Below, piece by piece: positions 60,803 through 64,000 of a DNA stretch of 64,000 nucleotides (position 1 is its first letter; every line of letters begins with the position of its first letter). Position numbers and translations under genes: made by a program. The notes below the pieces were generated by a model. The model had not been told where the DNA came from. It saw only the letters and a list, made by a program, of their open reading frames with translations, and made no database searches. The stretch is from contig JAAYCJ010000251.1 of the NCBI GenBank assembly GCA_012729815.1, positions 26,434 to 90,433 of the forward strand, given 5' to 3'. The stretch comes from Phycisphaerae bacterium. Lineage in GTDB: Bacteria; Planctomycetota; Phycisphaerae; JAAYCJ01.

Positions 60803-63800
60803 TCACGGCGTGAGCCGCAGTTGGCAGCGGTCGATGTCGTCGTAGCCGGGTTTGGCGGCCAGTGGCGTTTCGCGGGTGGCCACCTCGGCGGCTACGGTTT
60901 GGCCGCGGAAGCAGGCTTCGACGCGGTACGGTCCGGGTTCAGCCAGGACGAACCAGGCGGTTCCGGCTGGGTCGGTCAGGACGCCGGACGGGTTGGCGGA
61001 CTGGCCGCCGGCGGGCGTGAGGACGACGATCGCCCCGTCGCAGGGGTTGCCGGTTTGGTCGAGGACGGTGACGATCAGTTCGGGGGCCTTGGTCGGTTGC
61101 AGCGGCGGCATCGGATTGAAGGCCTGGCGGAAGGCGTCCCAGACCGGGTTCATGGTCACTTCCGGGCGGTTCGGGTCAAACCAGTTGATGTTGTCGCACT
61201 GCGTGCCGCAGGCGAAACTTTCGACCTTGACGTCCGGGCCGGAGAGGCTGGGCCATGGAATCTGGTCGATCAGGACGTTGGCCCCTTCGGGCATGTACCA
61301 GCGGTCGCCGCGGCCGTACTCGGCGAGGTTTTCCTTGTAGAGGTCGGCCCACGGGCTCATCCACTCGCGTTTGGCGGTGGTGAAGGAGCCGATGTAGAAG
61401 GCGGGGAAGGGCATGGTTCCGGCGACGCCGTTTTCGATCTCAAAGCGGATATCGTCGTGGAACTTTTTGGCGGTTCGCGGGACGGCCTCGGCGGCGCGGT
61501 TGGGGTCGAGGACGCTGTTCATGGCGAAGTAACCGCCCTCATAGACGCTCCACTCGCCGTTGATGGCGGGCCGGTCGTTGCGTGTGGGCCAGTCGGCGAG
61601 GAACTTGCGGCTGGCGTAGTGGATATCGACGATGGGGAAGCCTTCGTAGCCGTTGTTGCCCTGTTCGGTGGTGATCATGTTGGGGTTGGTGTCGCGGACG
61701 AGTTGGCCGAAGGCGAGGAAGCGGCGGATGCCGTCGGGAATCCACTCGTCGGAGCTCTGGAAGAGCTCGTTGGTCAGCGAGAAGATCACGGCGGAGGGGT
61801 GGTGGCGATAGCGTCTGGCCATGTTGCGGTAGTAGCGTTCGATTCCGCGCCGCCAGGCTGGGTCGTCGAAGTTGGCCCGGCCGTAGTAGTCCGAGGGGAC
61901 TCCGCGTCCGATGGGCATGTCGCCTTCGGGCTCGACGAGGTGGCCGAGTTCGTCGGCCACGGTGTAGCTGCTTTCGGGGGCAGAGGTGAACCAGTGGTAC
62001 CGGACCAGGTTGAAGTTGGCGTCGCGGGCGAGGCGGTAGTAGCGGAACTTCCACCAGCGGGAGGCTTCGGCGCCGTGGCCTTCGGTGGCCCAGAGGTGGT
62101 CGCCCTGAAGGACGATGTCCTTGCCGTTGAGTTTGAACCGGGTGCCGTCGATTTGGAAGGTCCGCAGGCCGAATCGCACGACGTCGCGGTCGACCGTCTG
62201 GCCGTTTTCGTTGACTTCGATGTCCATGAAGTAGAGCACCGGATCGCCGTAGTCGCCGCCGATTCCCCAGTGCCGGATGCCCTCGCAGACCTGCTCGAAG
62301 CGCAGGGCCGCGTGCCCGCCGGCGGCCAGATCGACCGTCTGAGGCGGCAGCTTGAAGCAGGTTTCGCCGTCGCGCCGGATGACCGGTCGCAGCGTCACTT
62401 TTCGAGCGGCGTCGGTGCGGTTGGCGACCTCCAGCGTCATCAGGACGCTTTCCTTGGCCTGTCCCGGGCGGATGAGCACGTCCTGGACGGCGAGCGGCGG
62501 GCGTTTGTGGAGGGTTATGTCCTCCCAGACGCCGTGGTGGTAGTCCGCGGCAGTGGCGAACCAGCGCTGGCCGCCGAGGCCGAGGGATTTCTTGTCGCGC
62601 GGGACGAAGGCGAAGTGGGCCCGGCCGCTGCCTTCGGTATAGACGTGGACGACGTTGAGTTTTCCCGGCGCGGCGAATGGGGTGATATCGACCTCGAAGG
62701 GGTCGACGCCGAGGTGATCGCCGGCGAAATGGCCGTTGACGAAGACCGCGCCGTAGGAGCGGATGCGGCTGAACGCGATGGCCAGCCGGCTGGCGGACCA
62801 TGACGGCGGAATCCATATCTCTTTGCGGAGCCAGGTCTGGTTCTTGATCGTGCCGTCCTGGTGCGGCATGCGCACCGGCTGCCATTCGGATGGCGGGTCG
62901 TCCGGCGTGCCGCCGGTTCCGGCTTCCCAGACGCCATTGAGCAGGACGCTGAGTCGCGGCGCGTCGGCTGTGCTCTGGGGCTGGTCCGTGGCGGCGGCTT
63001 TGGGATACTCGGCTTGGATCTTGAGGAAATTCTCGCCGATTTTGGTCTCACGCGACTGGGTCAGGCGGGTTTGGGCCTCATCGGCGCATCGGCCGGCGTA
63101 CTGCAGATAGGTCACCGCTTCGCGCATCGCGGTGAGTTGGTCTTCGTTCGGCGCGGCCGCCTGCGTGTCGAGCGTGCCAATCTTCTGTGCCGCAGCCAGT
63201 CCCGCATCGAGATAGATTCTGGCGATCTGCCGGTACATGTCGGCCATGCGGGCGGCGTCGAGGGCCATTTCGAGGGGTTCTTTTTCCAGGCTTTGAACCG
63301 CTGCGACGATCGCTTGGCGGCGGGCGGCGACGTCGGCGTAGTCCTTGACGATCGTTTCGGGTGGAATGCCCGCGTCGTCTGAGGCGAGGAAGAACATGCG
63401 ATCCAGGCCCTGAACGCAGGTCGGCGGGATGGTCGTTTTGACGCCGGTCAGGCCGACCCAGATGGGCACCAGGTCGGTCTCGTTGGACTCGAAGACGATG
63501 GACTTGATGACCTTTTCCGGGTGCGGGTTGTCCCACTTCATCATGTAGAGGGCGCGGCCGGTGGCCGGGGCGGTGTAGGCGACCCGGGCGGCTTGGAGGT
63601 CTTGCGGGTACCACCAGTCGCCGACGTGGACGGCGGAGACCACCGGTACGTCGACGGTCGTGCCGTCGGCGTATTCGATGTGGTAGTCGGCGGCGTGGAG
63701 GTTCGGGTGCATGCACCACGCTGCGGTGTGGAGGAACAGCAGGGCGCGGTAGGTCTTGCCGATCGCCAGCGGGGCGGATTTGGGGGCGAAATACATCCGC

Positions 63801-64000
63801 CGCGATCCGCGCACCGCCACGCAGGTGTTGCCGTCGACGGGCGCGGCGATATCAAAGGGGATATCGAGGCACATCATCCGGCCGATGGGGATTTCACGGG
63901 CGTCGTTGCCAGCGCCCTGGTCGGACCAGCCGCCTTTCTCATCGGCGGCTTCCTCGTCGACAAAGCCGGTGTTGGCGACCGGCGAGATGTCGATCGGCTC
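60803..64000 (-). CDS. Glycoside hydrolase family 2-like protein (partial: N-terminus continues beyond the window edge)
   Basis: GH2 sugar-binding jelly-roll (EIWIPPSW ... VFVNGHFAG ... PFEVDIT) and TIM-barrel acid/base region SLTNELFQ. The reading frame is open with no stop from 63878 to 64000, so the listed ATG at 63877 is probably internal. Confidence 0.7.
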   Translation of the reverse strand, partial: EPIDISPVANTGFVDEEAADEKGGWSDQGAGNDAREIPIGRMMCLDIPFDIAAPVDGNTCVAVRGSRRMYFAPKSAPLAIGKTYRALLFLHTAAWCMHPNLHAADYHIEYADGTTVDVPVVSAVHVGDWWYPQDLQAARVAYTAPATGRALYMMKWDNPHPEKVIKSIVFESNETDLVPIWVGLTGVKTTIPPTCVQGLDRMFFLASDDAGIPPETIVKDYADVAARRQAIVAAVQSLEKEPLEMALDAARMADMYRQIARIYLDAGLAAAQKIGTLDTQAAAPNEDQLTAMREAVTYLQYAGRCADEAQTRLTQSRETKIGENFLKIQAEYPKAAATDQPQSTADAPRLSVLLNGVWEAGTGGTPDDPPSEWQPVRMPHQDGTIKNQTWLRKEIWIPPSWSASRLAIAFSRIRSYGAVFVNGHFAGDHLGVDPFEVDITPFAAPGKLNVVHVYTEGSGRAHFAFVPRDKKSLGLGGQRWFATAADYHHGVWEDITLHKRPPLAVQDVLIRPGQAKESVLMTLEVANRTDAARKVTLRPVIRRDGETCFKLPPQTVDLAAGGHAALRFEQVCEGIRHWGIGGDYGDPVLYFMDIEVNENGQTVDRDVVRFGLRTFQIDGTRFKLNGKDIVLQGDHLWATEGHGAEASRWWKFRYYRLARDANFNLVRYHWFTSAPESSYTVADELGHLVEPEGDMPIGRGVPSDYYGRANFDDPAWRRGIERYYRNMARRYRHHPSAVIFSLTNELFQSSDEWIPDGIRRFLAFGQLVRDTNPNMITTEQGNNGYEGFPIVDIHYASRKFLADWPTRNDRPAINGEWSVYEGGYFAMNSVLDPNRAAEAVPRTAKKFHDDIRFEIENGVAGTMPFPAFYIGSFTTAKREWMSPWADLYKENLAEYGRGDRWYMPEGANVLIDQIPWPSLSGPDVKVESFACGTQCDNINWFDPNRPEVTMNPVWDAFRQAFNPMPPLQPTKAPELIVTVLDQTGNPCDGAIVVLTPAGGQSANPSGVLTDPAGTAWFVLAEPGPYRVEACFRGQTVAAEVATRETPLAAKPGYDDIDRCQLRLTP

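Overview
High-GC (roughly 65%) bacterial chromosomal window, most likely from Planctomycetota. The evidence is a DUF1559/H-X9-DG prepilin-like protein, many glycoside-hydrolase-like lipoproteins, a four-helix-bundle 23S-IVS protein, and long Arg/Pro-rich spurious off-frame ORFs typical of high GC. Coding is dense on both strands, mainly housekeeping operons. These include a rpiB/TsaC-LMW-PTP fusion, kdsA, argB-argD-argF, rph, a phosphohexomutase, rpsF-ssb-rpsR-rplI-dnaB, glmU-prs-rplY-pth, tRNA-Gln, and a fur-katG-diheme CCP-peroxiredoxin oxidative-stress cluster. They are interspersed with carbohydrate-utilisation genes: a GntR/PBP regulator, DUF1559, two tandem GH-A paralogs, and GH2-, GH95- and GHL10-like proteins. 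Four things stand out. (1) A KaiA-less kaiC-kaiB-kaiB-PAS histidine kinase cluster whose KaiC carries a C-terminal coiled-coil-like extension. (2) A composition-shifted mosaic region (about 30.6-36.9 kb) built from two roughly 2.9-kb modules bounded by direct repeats. It contains an IS transposase remnant, an orphan CRISPR type I-E-like repeat hairpin, and a 741-aa orphan protein of unknown function. (3) A low-GC methyltransferase cassette flanked by a 233-bp direct duplication that begins with a REP-like hairpin also present at a third locus. (4) A DacZ-type (pyruvate-kinase-C-like N-domain) diadenylate cyclase homolog with degenerate catalytic motifs. All calls are from sequence inspection and motif recognition only; no database searches were run.
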